NCBI GenBank assembly: GCA_964496625.1
Contig: CAZCAL010000002.1
Location: 1-28,700, forward strand
Length of the DNA stretch: 28,700 bases
Reading direction: 5' to 3'
DNA from: an uncultured Verrucomicrobiaceae bacterium
GTDB lineage: Bacteria > Verrucomicrobiota > Verrucomicrobiia > Verrucomicrobiales > Verrucomicrobiaceae
Part shown: piece by piece, positions 1 through 8,633 of the stretch
Position numbering within the stretch: the stretch's first letter is position 1
How the letters are laid out: every line of letters starts with the position of its first letter
Notes under the pieces: generated by a model
Database searches by the model: none
Told to the model about the DNA's origin: nothing
Seen by the model: only the letters and a program-made list of their open reading frames with translations
Position numbers and translations under genes: made by a program

Positions 1-899
1 CACCGAAGGGGCATTAATGCCAAAAAACGCAATCAGTGCGTATAGGAGTGGTGTAGCTGGAGCCAGTAGACGCAAGAACGTGCCGTAACGGAGAGGACGT
101 TGATTGTTCCACTCAACAATTTGCTGATTGTGGACGTGAAGGCACCATTCCTCAAGCGCTTGCTTCCAACCCGACTTTGACAACTGTGACGCGAGGAGAG
201 GGGACATCTCGCGGAATATGACGTTCCACGTAGTCTGGACTTCCGCGCGCCTGCCAGTTTTGTCATAGGGACGATGGTCAGCATTCCTCCAACCTCGCGC
301 ATGCAACACCACAATGTCATCTCCCTGAGCCAAGGACGCTGCGCCCGGCGGCGGCCCTGAAGCTGCCTCCAACTTCGTCTGGAGGTCTTTGACTTCTTTC
401 TGAAGGGACAGGACCTGTTGCACGTGCTCCTCAGTTAATACCTTGTCACCTCGCACCCACCCGTCGCGGGGCTCATCCTTTTCGGCAATGGAGATTGCGC
501 GACTCACCGCCCCTCCGAGTCCTTCGGCGGTGGTCCAATATTTGACCATTTTGGATTCCACCAGCTTTCGGAATTCGGCGAGTTTTCGTTTTCGCTTTGG
601 ATCCTTCTCGAGCTTTTCAACCGCGATCTTCCCCGGATCAGGATGCACGAAGCCATAAATCGGTATGCCGTTCTGGAGCGCATACCGATACTCTTTCTCG
701 GTGTAGCTCATGCCGGTTTTATCGACAGTTCCATGCCTGCCGGCAACGATCACCACTGCTCATCATTCGCTGCTGGGAACATTTACACTCCGGCGGGAAT
801 GCATCTTAATTCGAGCAACGCCTTCATGACCTCCCTGCGTTCTGCTTCCAAGTCCTGAAAGGTGGGACTGACGAATACTTGGAAGCGTTTGTTGATAGC
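1..899 (-). pseudogene. DUF4062-domain protein, 5' part disrupted, 3' end beyond the window
   Basis: Manual translation, not in the ORF track. 899-753 reads AINKRFQVFVSPTFQDLEAERREVMKALLELRCIPAGV*MFPAANDEQW, with TAA at 785-783 and TGA at 752-750. A different frame is open from 759 to 1 and reads VIVAGRHGTVDKTGMSYTEKEYRYALQNGIPIYGF...YWTTAEGLGGAVSRAI...GWVRGD...LAQGDD. Together these match the DUF4062 pattern (YQVFVSST-x-DL-x2-ER...PAGMELFPA...GGRYGS...SYTE-x-EY). No in-frame ATG lies upstream of the first fragment. Confidence 0.8.
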
Positions 900-989
900 G
901 AATCAGTGAGCCCGCACTAAACTTCAAATGTGCTGGCAGCATTCCTAGGCGGTGCAGGCGGTCTCGGCAAAGGAGAATTTCCAGCACGT

Positions 990-1015
990 CCGCAGACGGG
1001 ATTACCCGCCTGCGG
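990..1015. repeat. GC-rich stem-loop (REP-like or weak terminator)
   Basis: CCGCAGACGGG-ATTA-CCCGCCTGCGG. The stem is 11 bp with one G-U pair on the minus strand. No U-tract follows. Confidence 0.4.
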
Positions 1016-1041
1016 CTGCGCCATTGACCCACTGCCGCCCA

Positions 1042-1257
1042 CTAACTCACCACCACCTCATCCGGGGCGCTGGCGGGGCCTTCGCCGGCGTCGTTGACGC
1101 CGCGCACGGTGAAGGTGAGGGTGGCACCCACCGGTAGGGATTCGGCGGTGTATTGGGTGCCCTCGGTGTTCGTCAGCTTCACGGGCTCTGGATCCACCCC
1201 GGCCTGCTGCTTGTAGTCGTTGAAGGAATTGGCGCGGCGGCTGCCGCTTTTTGTCAC
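1042..1257 (-). pseudogene. Fibronectin type III-like C-terminal fragment (probable gene remnant or very small protein)
   Basis: NSFNDYKQ...YTAESLPVGATLTFTVRGVNDAGEGPAS matches the C-terminal strands of FN3 (L-x-P-G-x-x-Y-x-F-x-V-x-A-x-N-x-x-G-x-G/S). Only a GTG start is available, the first FN3 strands are absent, and the frame is closed by a stop about 18 codons upstream. Confidence 0.55.
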
Positions 1258-1528
1258 TTGTTCGATAGGTCCTATTTGTTGCCTGAGTATGGCAGAATCA
1301 TGAAGGGTAAATCATGGTCGGAAAAAACATGATTCTACCCGCCATCATTTTGTCTTTCTTCTCGATGCCCCCAACTCGCAAGCCCAGGGGAAAGCAATCA
1401 ACGCCAGCATCGTTGCGCTCGTTTTGGGATGCCAAGTCCCCAATCTGAATTGCGCGTCCGCCATGATGGCGAAGCGTTTGGCGCTGGACACCTGTAACGC
1501 CGCTGACCAAACGGTTTTGCGCCCGCGC

Positions 1529-2701
1529 CTACTTCAGGCTGTTCAAGAAAGCATTGCCGGCCTGGACCTTCGCCGTTGGCGTCTTTGGGTCTCCGACCAC
1601 AATCTTTACTACGTTGACCACTTCTTGCTGGAGGGCAGGCGCGAGCTGGTTGTAGAAATTCGAGAACCCCGCAAGGTCCTTCGTGAGCCATGGGAAGGCC
1701 GCATACCCAACGCCCACGTGGCCGCCATCCGCTGGTGAAGGGGGTAGGCTGAACACCCAGTTCATTGCTGCAGTGGGATCTTCCTCTGCCCAGGATTGGG
1801 CGGTTTCACGATAGCTGCGATCATCACGCAATGGATTGGTGGCCTGTGAAGTCAGCCAAGCCACCTGCCCTTCTAGCGACACGTAGTGCAGGCGGTTCGA
1901 CACGCCATAAAACAGTCGCTTCTTCGCCGCGTCATCCGGCAGGCGATCATACCAGGACTGCAATCCTTGCGGGCCATGCGCGGATACAATCGCATCGGTG
2001 ATCACCCAACTGGCTGTCCCCCAGAGCTTGTCTCCCTTCGGCATAATGCTGAGCGCATACCTGATGGCGGCGTCTGGATTGTTCACCGTGTAGCCCTCCA
2101 GCAAGCCCAGCGTGACCTCATCGAGATGCTCGTCGGACAGCTCTTTGCGTGACGCCAGCCACTGCATTGCGGCCTGGGGATCTTTTTTTGACCACTCCGA
2201 AACTAGCGTGTAAGCACCGCCGGCATGCGCGTCGGCATCGTCTTCAGCATAGGTTTCAGCCAAACGGGCCGCGAGCGCAGGGTCTCGTCCGACGAGTTCC
2301 TCCCAGAAAAGCCGCCACTCTGGATCACGCTTGTGGTCTTTGAATCGCTGAGCAAAAACCTTTAGCATTGCCTTCAAGGCGGCTTCCGAATGCACTCCGT
2401 CCAGCAGCTTCGCAAAGTTCAACTGACGCTTCGCTGACTTATCCGCTGAGATCACCTCGGTGAGCCTAGCTTTGATTTGCTCTGCATCCTCGGCTGCTGC
2501 GGGCAACGATGTGGGCGATGCTGAATCCGACGAGGCCGTTCCAGCCACTTCCCTCCGAATAGGTGCCGTTGCTGGAGGCGAAGGCGACGATGCGATGGGG
2601 GGTTTCACCTCCGGCCGCGCCGCGCCGACCTCAGCCAGCCGCCAGGCACCGATAATGGCCGCAATCAATGCGGCCCCCATCAAACAGGACTTCAACGACA
2701 T
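1529..2701 (-). CDS. Hypothetical membrane-anchored helical-repeat protein
   Basis: 390 aa ORF with an N-terminal hydrophobic segment, a Pro/Ser/Ala linker, and recurring motifs WSKKDPQAAMQWL, YTVNNPDAAIRYA, WAEEDPTAAMNWV, WLTKDLAGFSNFY. Confidence 0.85.
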   Translation of the reverse strand: MSLKSCLMGAALIAAIIGAWRLAEVGAARPEVKPPIASSPSPPATAPIRREVAGTASSDSASPTSLPAAAEDAEQIKARLTEVISADKSAKRQLNFAKLLDGVHSEAALKAMLKVFAQRFKDHKRDPEWRLFWEELVGRDPALAARLAETYAEDDADAHAGGAYTLVSEWSKKDPQAAMQWLASRKELSDEHLDEVTLGLLEGYTVNNPDAAIRYALSIMPKGDKLWGTASWVITDAIVSAHGPQGLQSWYDRLPDDAAKKRLFYGVSNRLHYVSLEGQVAWLTSQATNPLRDDRSYRETAQSWAEEDPTAAMNWVFSLPPSPADGGHVGVGYAAFPWLTKDLAGFSNFYNQLAPALQQEVVNVVKIVVGDPKTPTAKVQAGNAFLNSLK

Positions 2702-2819
2702 GGAGCCTGATTCAATCAGGGGCTTAGCCGTCTGTCACGCAATGTTTAGGGGTCACTAACAGATTATCGGACAGAACCGAGTTCGGGAGCGTTCCCCCCC
2801 AATCACTGCGCAAAACGGC

Positions 2820-2845
2820 CAGAGGCTGATCCCTGTGGGCCTCTG
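2820..2845 (-). terminator. Possible weak terminator downstream of the lactonase gene
   Basis: CAGAGGC-N12-GCCTCTG, 6 nt after the stop, followed on the minus strand by GCCGTTTT. Confidence 0.3.
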
Positions 2846-2851
2846 AACTTC

Positions 2852-4093
2852 CTACAGGGTGTCCTTGAAGACGATGATGGAGGGATTGCCCACGGGGGTG
2901 TAGTGACCAGTGAACGAGAGGCGACCCGTCTGGGCATCGAGGCGGAAGGCGGTGACGTGGTCGGCGCGCTGATTGCAGCAGTAGAGGAAGGTTCCACTGG
3001 GATCAAAGTTGAAGCTGCGCGGGTAATCGCCGTGCGTCCATTCTTCGGTGAGGTAGGTCAGTGTGCCGTCTCCGCCCACAGAGAAGATGGCGATGCTGTC
3101 GTGGAGGCGGTTGCCGGCATAAACGAAGCGTCCATCGGGCGAGAGCATGATCTCTGAGCAGAAATTGCTGCCTGCGAAACCGGTGGGCAGGCTGGAAATG
3201 GTTTGACGCGCTTTGAGTGTGCCTTTGGCGCTATCGTAATCAAAAAGGATGATGTTGGAGCCTTCTTCCTGGAGCGAATAAAGCCACGCTCCTTTGGGAT
3301 GGAAGGCAAAGTGGCGCGGGCCATCGCCAGGGGGCACGCTGATGAAGGCGGGCTCGTTGGGGGAAAGCTTGCCGGACTGCTCATCGAACTTCCATTGGTA
3401 GATCCGATCCAGTCCGAGATCGGTATGCAGCACGAAGCGACCGCTGGGATCTGCCTCGATCATGTGGGCGTGAATTTGATCATGCCCGCTGATGGCAAAG
3501 CTGCCTGGAGGGGCGTTGGTCGCCTGGGTCGGGCCGATGGGGCCTTCATCTTTCTTCACGTCAGTCGCTTCACCCAGGCTGCCATCGGGCTGGATCGGGA
3601 GCACGGCGACGGTGCCGCCAAAGTAGTTCGCCACCAGCACGAACTTCCCCGAGGGATGGACGCTGAGATGAGCCGGGCCTTTGCCACCGGAGGCGACCGT
3701 GTTCATCAGCTTCAGTTGACCGCTCTGTGGATCGACGGCGAAGGCGCTGACGGAGCCTGATTCTGCGTCGCCGAGGCGTTCGGTTTCATTGCCTGAGTAA
3801 AGATGTGTCTTGGCCGCATTGAAGGCTAGGCAACTGGGGCTGGTGCCCATTTCGTGCAGTCCACAAGGAGTCATGGCACCGGTGGCGCGATCCACTTCAA
3901 AGAGGTGAATGCCGCGTCCATTCCCCGGAGGTAGATCCACCTGGGTGGCGCGCATGTTTTGCAGCGGTGAGGTGTAAGTGCCGACGTAGGCGATGAGCGC
4001 ACCGGGCTTTGTCGCTGCTACCAGGGGCGCAGCCAGGGTGCTGGCGGCGAGGGTCTTCATAAAACTGCGACGTGTGGATTGGGATGGGGTCAT
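2852..4093 (-). CDS. Lactonase family beta-propeller protein (6-phosphogluconolactonase/YbhE-like), Tat-exported
   Basis: AYVGTYT, SPSCLA, GPAHLSV, LVANYFGG, HAH, DLGLDRI, GPRHFAFHP, YPRSFNFDP motifs. Twin-arginine signal TRRSFMK. Confidence 0.92.
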   Translation of the reverse strand: MTPSQSTRRSFMKTLAASTLAAPLVAATKPGALIAYVGTYTSPLQNMRATQVDLPPGNGRGIHLFEVDRATGAMTPCGLHEMGTSPSCLAFNAAKTHLYSGNETERLGDAESGSVSAFAVDPQSGQLKLMNTVASGGKGPAHLSVHPSGKFVLVANYFGGTVAVLPIQPDGSLGEATDVKKDEGPIGPTQATNAPPGSFAISGHDQIHAHMIEADPSGRFVLHTDLGLDRIYQWKFDEQSGKLSPNEPAFISVPPGDGPRHFAFHPKGAWLYSLQEEGSNIILFDYDSAKGTLKARQTISSLPTGFAGSNFCSEIMLSPDGRFVYAGNRLHDSIAIFSVGGDGTLTYLTEEWTHGDYPRSFNFDPSGTFLYCCNQRADHVTAFRLDAQTGRLSFTGHYTPVGNPSIIVFKDTL

Positions 4094-4108
4094 GAGGCGG
4101 AAGAAGGG

Positions 4109-5755
4109 CTACTTAACGACGGGAAGGATGACGCGGGAGGCATGAGCGCTGTCGTGCCAGATGGTATTGATGGCCGCCGGTCCGGGCTCGGTGACGAAGT
4201 GGGTTATGGGGCCACCCGTCTGGGGGTTGGGCTCGTAAAACGGGGCACCAGTGCTGGCGATGGTGATGCGGATGCGGTGACCTTTGTTGAAGATGATGCT
4301 GGTCCAGCCGATGTCCCAGGCCAGCTTCGCTACCTCGCCGGGGACGAGCAGTTTTTGATGATCAAAGCCTTCGCGATACCGGGCGCGCAATGGGTAGTCC
4401 ATGAGCAAGATGGAGCGCCCATCTGGATAGACATCGGTGACACGGAGGAAGAAGTCGGTGTCCTTCGCTGTGGATGACACAAAGACCTCGGCTTTGATGC
4501 GTCCGGTCACTTCGAGCGGGGCGCTGAGGACATCGCTGGTCCAGGTGCGGACCTCTGCCTGCTCCTCGAAGCCGCGCGCATCACGTGCGCCGGGGAAGCC
4601 CGTGTAGGGCAGGGTCATGGGGTGGGAGGGATCGCTGAGGTAGGAAGTGCTGGCCTTGGCAGTGGAGGACTTGCTGGTGCTCAGGCTGCCATCGGGTTGG
4701 AGGAACCAATCCGCTGCGGTGCTGGCTGGGGGGAAGTCTGCGGCCTCGCGCCACACGTTGCCGGGTGCGCCTTCTTCACCCGTCGCACCCATCACGTAGT
4801 AGCGCACCGTGGTTTCCTTTTCGACGCCGTTTTCTTGGCCCTTGAGGTAGTGATTGAACCATTTGATCATGTGCGGATAGACATCAAAGAAGGCGTTCTC
4901 TGGAAAGACTAGCTCGCCGATTTTGTTTGATTTGGGATACCCGCCGTGCAGCCAAGGTCCAATGATGAGCTGCTGCTGCCCACGTGATTTTTCCCCACCG
5001 TGCTGCTGCCGTCCGATGAAGCTGGCGACGCTGCCCTGGCACATGAAATCAAACCAACTGCCGATGGTGAAGCAGGGGTAGTTCATCTTGTCGAAGTGCA
5101 GGGAGGCATCCTCATCGCGCCAGTAGTCGTCATAATCTGGGTGCTGATCCCATTCGCGCAGCATGTCTTCATTGTCCTTGAGTTCGCGGGCAACGGAGCC
5201 GCCCTTGATGAAGCGCTGCGGCTTTGTCGCCCCACCGATGCGGTAGCCCTCTTGGTAGAGGCTTAGCCCCGTGTCCGTCATGTATTGGGCGACGAGATGG
5301 GGCGGCTGAGTAACGGCCAAATAATTCTGCGCGTATCCGGCCTGCGATCCCCCGTAGGTGCCGATCTTGCCGGTGCACCATGGTTGCGCGGCGAGCCACT
5401 CGCAAACATCGTAGCCGTCCCGAAGCGGTCCCCATTGCAGCCCGCGATAGCCGCGATACACGCCCTCGCTCTCATGCGTGCCGCGATAGTTCACCAGGGC
5501 GATGACAAAACCTGCTTCGGCGAATTTAGCGGCTGCTTTGCGAGACCCCGCGCTGCTAATGTCCGCATAGCGTTGCTCAAAAATGGCGGGAAATTTGCCT
5601 CCGCCGGACGGAAAAAAAACATAGGCGGAGAGGCGCTTGCCGTCTCGCATCGGGATCATGAGGTGCTCCTCCCGGACGGTGCCAAAATCGAGCTTGGGAG
5701 GCTCTGCCGCATGGAGGGAGGCAACGGCAAGGAGGGAGAGAAGAGCGTGACGCAT
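4109..5755 (-). CDS. CocE/NonD family serine hydrolase (peptidase S15-like), secreted
   Basis: IPMRDGKRL, nucleophile elbow GGSQAG, GSWFD, GPWLH, C-terminal PepX/CocE_C domain (DTDFFLRVTDVYPDG...GHRIRITI). Start placed at ATG 5755 because MRHALLSLLAVASLHA is a good signal peptide. A GTG at 5809 overlapping the upstream stop is an alternative. Confidence 0.92.
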   Translation of the reverse strand: MRHALLSLLAVASLHAAEPPKLDFGTVREEHLMIPMRDGKRLSAYVFFPSGGGKFPAIFEQRYADISSAGSRKAAAKFAEAGFVIALVNYRGTHESEGVYRGYRGLQWGPLRDGYDVCEWLAAQPWCTGKIGTYGGSQAGYAQNYLAVTQPPHLVAQYMTDTGLSLYQEGYRIGGATKPQRFIKGGSVARELKDNEDMLREWDQHPDYDDYWRDEDASLHFDKMNYPCFTIGSWFDFMCQGSVASFIGRQQHGGEKSRGQQQLIIGPWLHGGYPKSNKIGELVFPENAFFDVYPHMIKWFNHYLKGQENGVEKETTVRYYVMGATGEEGAPGNVWREAADFPPASTAADWFLQPDGSLSTSKSSTAKASTSYLSDPSHPMTLPYTGFPGARDARGFEEQAEVRTWTSDVLSAPLEVTGRIKAEVFVSSTAKDTDFFLRVTDVYPDGRSILLMDYPLRARYREGFDHQKLLVPGEVAKLAWDIGWTSIIFNKGHRIRITIASTGAPFYEPNPQTGGPITHFVTEPGPAAINTIWHDSAHASRVILPVVK

Positions 5756-5805
5756 CAGGCCATAACGCTCCAGAGATGAGGCACGTTGCAGGGACGGCCA
5801 CTTTC

Positions 5806-6453
5806 TCACCGAACGTTGTTCGCCATGCTGATGAGTGCGGCGGCAGTCTCGGGCGTGATCAGGCGGTTGCCTTGGAATTGACGGATGACGGGGACAATCT
5901 CAGGGGTGATGTCATCCCCTTGAAAATCGCGCACGATTTGGGGCTCCAAAATCATGTTTGGGATGCTCCGCACTAGGCTCGGCACATGCACGGGTGGGAT
6001 GAGGTGGCCGATGGCCAAGGGCTCGCCATCCCAGCCGCTAGCCTTGGCGATGGGGGCCTCCCCACGTTCCATGCGCAGCAGGTTATTGATGTCCTCAAAC
6101 ACACCGAGTTGCCTAGCACTGGCGAGATTCTGCTCGATGGATGTCGCGATGGCCCCTGCCTCATTCGCAGTGGCACCTGCAAGGGTGGCGGCTTCTTTGA
6201 GAGTCACGGCGAGATCGATGACCTCTTCCTTGGCGCTGTGCGCTTGGTAGAGGATCTGAAAGAAGGTGGCGTCTCCTTCATCGCCACTCAGTGCGGGGAC
6301 AGAATGACTGGCGATGTGGGTTTCCAGGTACGGCGCGATTTGTCGCGGCCAATGGCTGCGCTTTTCCTCCGCCTCCTTTTCGTAGCGACGCACTGCGTAG
6401 TGACCTGCAAAGTAGGCCACGCCACAGAAGAGAATAAAGACCAGGAGCTTCAT
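5806..6453 (-). CDS. Membrane-anchored hypothetical protein with a degenerate HNH/LHH-like C-terminal domain
   Basis: N-terminal TM helix. NL-x2-A-x2-LG...MERGEAP...GEPLAIGHLIP...NMILEP resembles the beta-beta-alpha nuclease signature (H150, N166). The start overlaps the pilT stop (TGATG). Confidence 0.75.
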   Translation of the reverse strand: MKLLVFILFCGVAYFAGHYAVRRYEKEAEEKRSHWPRQIAPYLETHIASHSVPALSGDEGDATFFQILYQAHSAKEEVIDLAVTLKEAATLAGATANEAGAIATSIEQNLASARQLGVFEDINNLLRMERGEAPIAKASGWDGEPLAIGHLIPPVHVPSLVRSIPNMILEPQIVRDFQGDDITPEIVPVIRQFQGNRLITPETAAALISMANNVR

Positions 6454-7559
6454 CAGCGCTTCTTCTTGGCCATGTCGGCACGCGCACGTAGTTCGCGCTC
6501 ATGCTGGGTGTGGATGAAATTCTGATCGCGGCAGTGGGAAAGGGCACTCTCAAGGCCGATGTAGCCATTGTTGAGGAGCATTAGCAGACTATCGTCGATG
6601 GTGTGCATGCCGTGGGGGCCGCCCACCTGAATGAGGCCTGGCATTTGGGCAAAGCGCCGATCACGAATGCAACGCGCCATGCCAGAATTCATCGTCATGA
6701 CCTCGGTGGCCAGCGCTCGCCCCGGTGCGTCAATGCGCGGCAGGAGGTGCTGGCAAACGACCCCACGCAGGCAATTGGCGAGCTGCGCTGCGACGTAATC
6801 CTGCTGCTCTTCGGGGAAGGCGTCAAAGATACGCGTCATGGTGGCTGTCGCCTCCGTGGTGTGCAGGGTGCTGATCACGAGGTGACCCGTCTCCGCTGCG
6901 GTGATGGCGGTGCGCATGGTCTCGAGATCGCGCAGTTCACTCACCACGATGACGTCGGCATCTTGGCGGAGGGCACTGCGCATCGCCTGGGCGAAGGTCT
7001 GCGTATCGGACCCGACCTGCCGCTGGCGGATGAGGCTGCGTTCGCCATGGGTAAAGACAAACTCGATGGGGTCCTCAATGGAGACGATGTTGGCTGCACG
7101 TTCGTTCGCGATTGCCTGGGTGATACTACACAAGGTGGTGGTCTTACCGCTTCCGGACACACCTGTAACGAGCACGAGGCCTTCACGCAGCCTCGTGAAT
7201 CCTTCCACCGTCGCGCCGTGGCCCAAGTCTGAGAGCTGGGGAATGAAATCAGGAATGTAACGGAAGTTTGCCTCGATGCGGCCCAGGACGTAACACGCAT
7301 TGCCACGAAAGCGCCCGAGGTTTTCCACATGCACGGCGAAGTCCAGCTCCCAATTGTGCTCCAGGGCGGCACGTTGGGATTCCTTGAGCACGTTGAGCAC
7401 CAGTTCACGGGTGTCGGTGCCATCCAAGATGTCGTCGGTTAACGGGACCAGAGATCCATGGATCCGCGCCATCGGTGGTGCGCCGGCGCTGAGGTGGAGG
7501 TCAGAGCCGTCACGCTCGGTGACCATGACGAGATACTCAATGAGATCGTGGGAATGCAT
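6453..7559 (-). CDS. pilT: Type IV pilus retraction ATPase, PilT family
   Basis: SDLHLSAGAPP, RFRGN, Walker A GVSGSGKTT, Asp box EDPIE, Walker B DVIVVSE, His box GHLVISTLHT. Confidence 0.93.
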   Translation of the reverse strand: MHSHDLIEYLVMVTERDGSDLHLSAGAPPMARIHGSLVPLTDDILDGTDTRELVLNVLKESQRAALEHNWELDFAVHVENLGRFRGNACYVLGRIEANFRYIPDFIPQLSDLGHGATVEGFTRLREGLVLVTGVSGSGKTTTLCSITQAIANERAANIVSIEDPIEFVFTHGERSLIRQRQVGSDTQTFAQAMRSALRQDADVIVVSELRDLETMRTAITAAETGHLVISTLHTTEATATMTRIFDAFPEEQQDYVAAQLANCLRGVVCQHLLPRIDAPGRALATEVMTMNSGMARCIRDRRFAQMPGLIQVGGPHGMHTIDDSLLMLLNNGYIGLESALSHCRDQNFIHTQHERELRARADMAKKKR

Positions 7560-7583
7560 TTAGCGGAGGAAAGGTTTGGGATT

Positions 7584-8633
7584 TTAGGAGCTGACACCAC
7601 GCGCGGCGCGGCGGAACTCGGTCTCATTCCCAGTGGCACCGATGGCGACCTCCTCTGAGATGATACCACCTTCATAGGCTGCGAGAATGGAACGCAAGAA
7701 GGTGGTTGAGTTTGGGTCAGAGCCTCTGGACATGTAGTCGTGAATGTGATCGACATCGCGGCGGGCGATCCAGTCGCGCACTGCACCGCCGTTCTCCAGG
7801 TATTCAGTCAGCAGCATGAGCTGACCATCCACCTTGGGGACGAGCTTTTGGCAAACCACGCCGATGAGCTGATGGGCCAGCAGGTGCAGGCCCAGGTTCA
7901 ATTGATCCGGCGGGAACAGATTGAGAAAGCGCTCCATCGTGTCGGAGACGCGTTCAGAGTGGAGGGAGGCTAGCACCAAGTGACCCGTCTCAGACGCCTG
8001 GAGGGCGATGAGTGCAGTCTCGTGGTCACGGATTTCTCCGACAAAAATTACATCGGGAGCCTGCCGGATCGCGCTGCGGAGGCCGCGTGCGAAGGTGTTC
8101 GTATCACGGCCCACTTCGCGTTGGGTGAAGAGGCACCCTTCGTTGGAAAAGATGTACTCAACTGGGTCCTCAATGGTCACGATGTGCCGCGCCATCGTTT
8201 TGTTCATCCACTGCAGCAGGCCTGCAAGTGTCGTGGATTTGCCGGTCCCAGTCGGACCCGTGACCAGAATGATCCCGTATGGCTTCGTGGCCCACTTTTG
8301 GAGCAGATGAGTGGGTGCTCCTAGTGTCTCCAGGTCCGGGATATCCGTCCGGATGCGGCGCATGACGGCCCCAAGTCGGCCGAGGATGCGGTGCAAATTC
8401 ACGCGGTAGCGGGTGCGCGCCCGGGAGACCAGCCCGGAATCCTTGTCCATGTCGGTATTCGGATCACCCCCGCAAGTCCGCCACAGGCCCGCCATCTGCT
8501 GGAGTTCGAGGGGTTCTTCGCCGAACAGCATGATCTCCTCGTTGATTTTTAGCCGTGGCAGTTCGCCCTCTTGGAGGAAGACATCGCTGGCGCGGTGCTC
8601 ATCGGCGGCATCAAGGATTTCGTCCAGGGTCAT
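7584..8633 (-). CDS. PilT/PilU family type IV pilus ATPase
   Basis: RYRVN, Walker A GPTGTGKST, EDPVE, QREVG, RQAPDVIFVGEIRD, ETGHLVLASLHS. Confidence 0.93.
   Translation of the reverse strand: MTLDEILDAADEHRASDVFLQEGELPRLKINEEIMLFGEEPLELQQMAGLWRTCGGDPNTDMDKDSGLVSRARTRYRVNLHRILGRLGAVMRRIRTDIPDLETLGAPTHLLQKWATKPYGIILVTGPTGTGKSTTLAGLLQWMNKTMARHIVTIEDPVEYIFSNEGCLFTQREVGRDTNTFARGLRSAIRQAPDVIFVGEIRDHETALIALQASETGHLVLASLHSERVSDTMERFLNLFPPDQLNLGLHLLAHQLIGVVCQKLVPKVDGQLMLLTEYLENGGAVRDWIARRDVDHIHDYMSRGSDPNSTTFLRSILAAYEGGIISEEVAIGATGNETEFRRAARGVSS

Noticed and set aside
33-1137. Short track ORFs 33-320, 443-658, 597-809, 643-858, 763-1032 and 952-1137
   Set aside because: They overlap the better-supported DUF4062 and FN3 reading frames and have no motifs.
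1298-1738. ORFs 1298-1510 (-), 1398-1691 (-), 1424-1738 (+) and a 39-codon ORF from ATG 1329
   Set aside because: No family signature, and two of them overlap the 390 aa gene. A tiny or remnant gene in 1300-1520 cannot be excluded but is unsupported.
2706-2720. Palindrome CCTGATT-C-AATCAGG just upstream of the 2701 start, resembling an FNR box
   Set aside because: The spacing is one base short of TTGAT-N4-ATCAA and the outer bases differ. It may be an operator, but no regulator can be assigned.
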